Shown piece by piece: positions 57,150 to 57,263 of a DNA stretch of 57,263 bases. The notes beneath the pieces are model-generated. The model had not been told where the DNA came from. It did no database searches and was given only the letters and a program-made list of their open reading frames with translations. The DNA lies in the NCBI GenBank assembly GCA_040400605.1, contig JBBAPZ010000012.1:1-57263 (forward strand), written 5' to 3'. Both the position numbers and the translations under genes were made by a program. Source of the DNA: Candidatus Sericytochromatia bacterium (lineage in GTDB: Bacteria; Cyanobacteriota; Sericytochromatia; S15B-MN24; JAQBPE01). Numbering within the stretch: position 1 is the first letter of the stretch; every line of letters starts with the position of its first letter.

Positions 57150-57263
57150 TCACCTCAACCGACCACTGACACGCCACGCTGCAGGAGATGACAATGGCGA
57201 AGGCCCCGGCGTGGTTGTGGCACTTGGCGAGGATGCCGGCGTGGTTGTGGCACTGGCACTTGG
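57150..57263 (-). CDS. 3' end of an upstream gene with a Pro/Ser/Thr-rich repeat tail (partial)
   Basis: Minus frame PSASATTTPASSPSATTTPGPSPLSSPAAWRVSGRLR*, stop adjacent to the nth start; GGCGTGGTTGTGGCACT occurs twice. Confidence 0.55.
   Translation of the reverse strand, partial: PSASATTTPASSPSATTTPGPSPLSSPAAWRVSGRLR

Noticed and set aside
57207..57263. Direct repeat GGCGTGGTTGTGGCACT at the right edge as a CRISPR start
   Set aside because: It encodes an in-frame SATTTP peptide repeat on the minus strand, and the spacing is too short for CRISPR.

Overview
Chromosomal window from a high-GC diderm bacterium. Cyanobacterial-type SSB, RNase E, YlqD and GMPP/PMM fusion, with no photosynthesis genes, suggest a non-photosynthetic relative of Cyanobacteria such as Sericytochromatia (inference). 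Most genes are housekeeping: a CIRCE-controlled hrcA-grpE-dnaK-dnaJ operon running directly into cysE-cysS-mrnC-rlmB, plus ssb, rne, rluD, serC, tRNA-Trp/tRNA-Gln, clpB, mutL and nth. Highlights: (1) an orphan 748-aa CARF-HEPN-CARF protein whose two TM1812-type CARF motifs are degenerate in complementary ways; (2) an ExeA-like AAA+ ATPase translationally coupled to ParB where ParA normally sits, next to an RHH protein and a RelA/SpoT-fold TIGR04552-like gene; (3) a candidate 6S-like RNA; (4) two intergenic repeat families, one a MITE with TIRs and 9-bp target duplications that is nested inside a copy of the other; (5) an MshEN domain split by an inserted beta-propeller; (6) several enzymes with altered catalytic motifs (MutL, subtilase, MqnA-like). 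No CRISPR array, cas gene, transposase or integrase was seen. All calls come from manual motif reading without database searches. Several starts were moved from the ORF track to RBS-supported codons.
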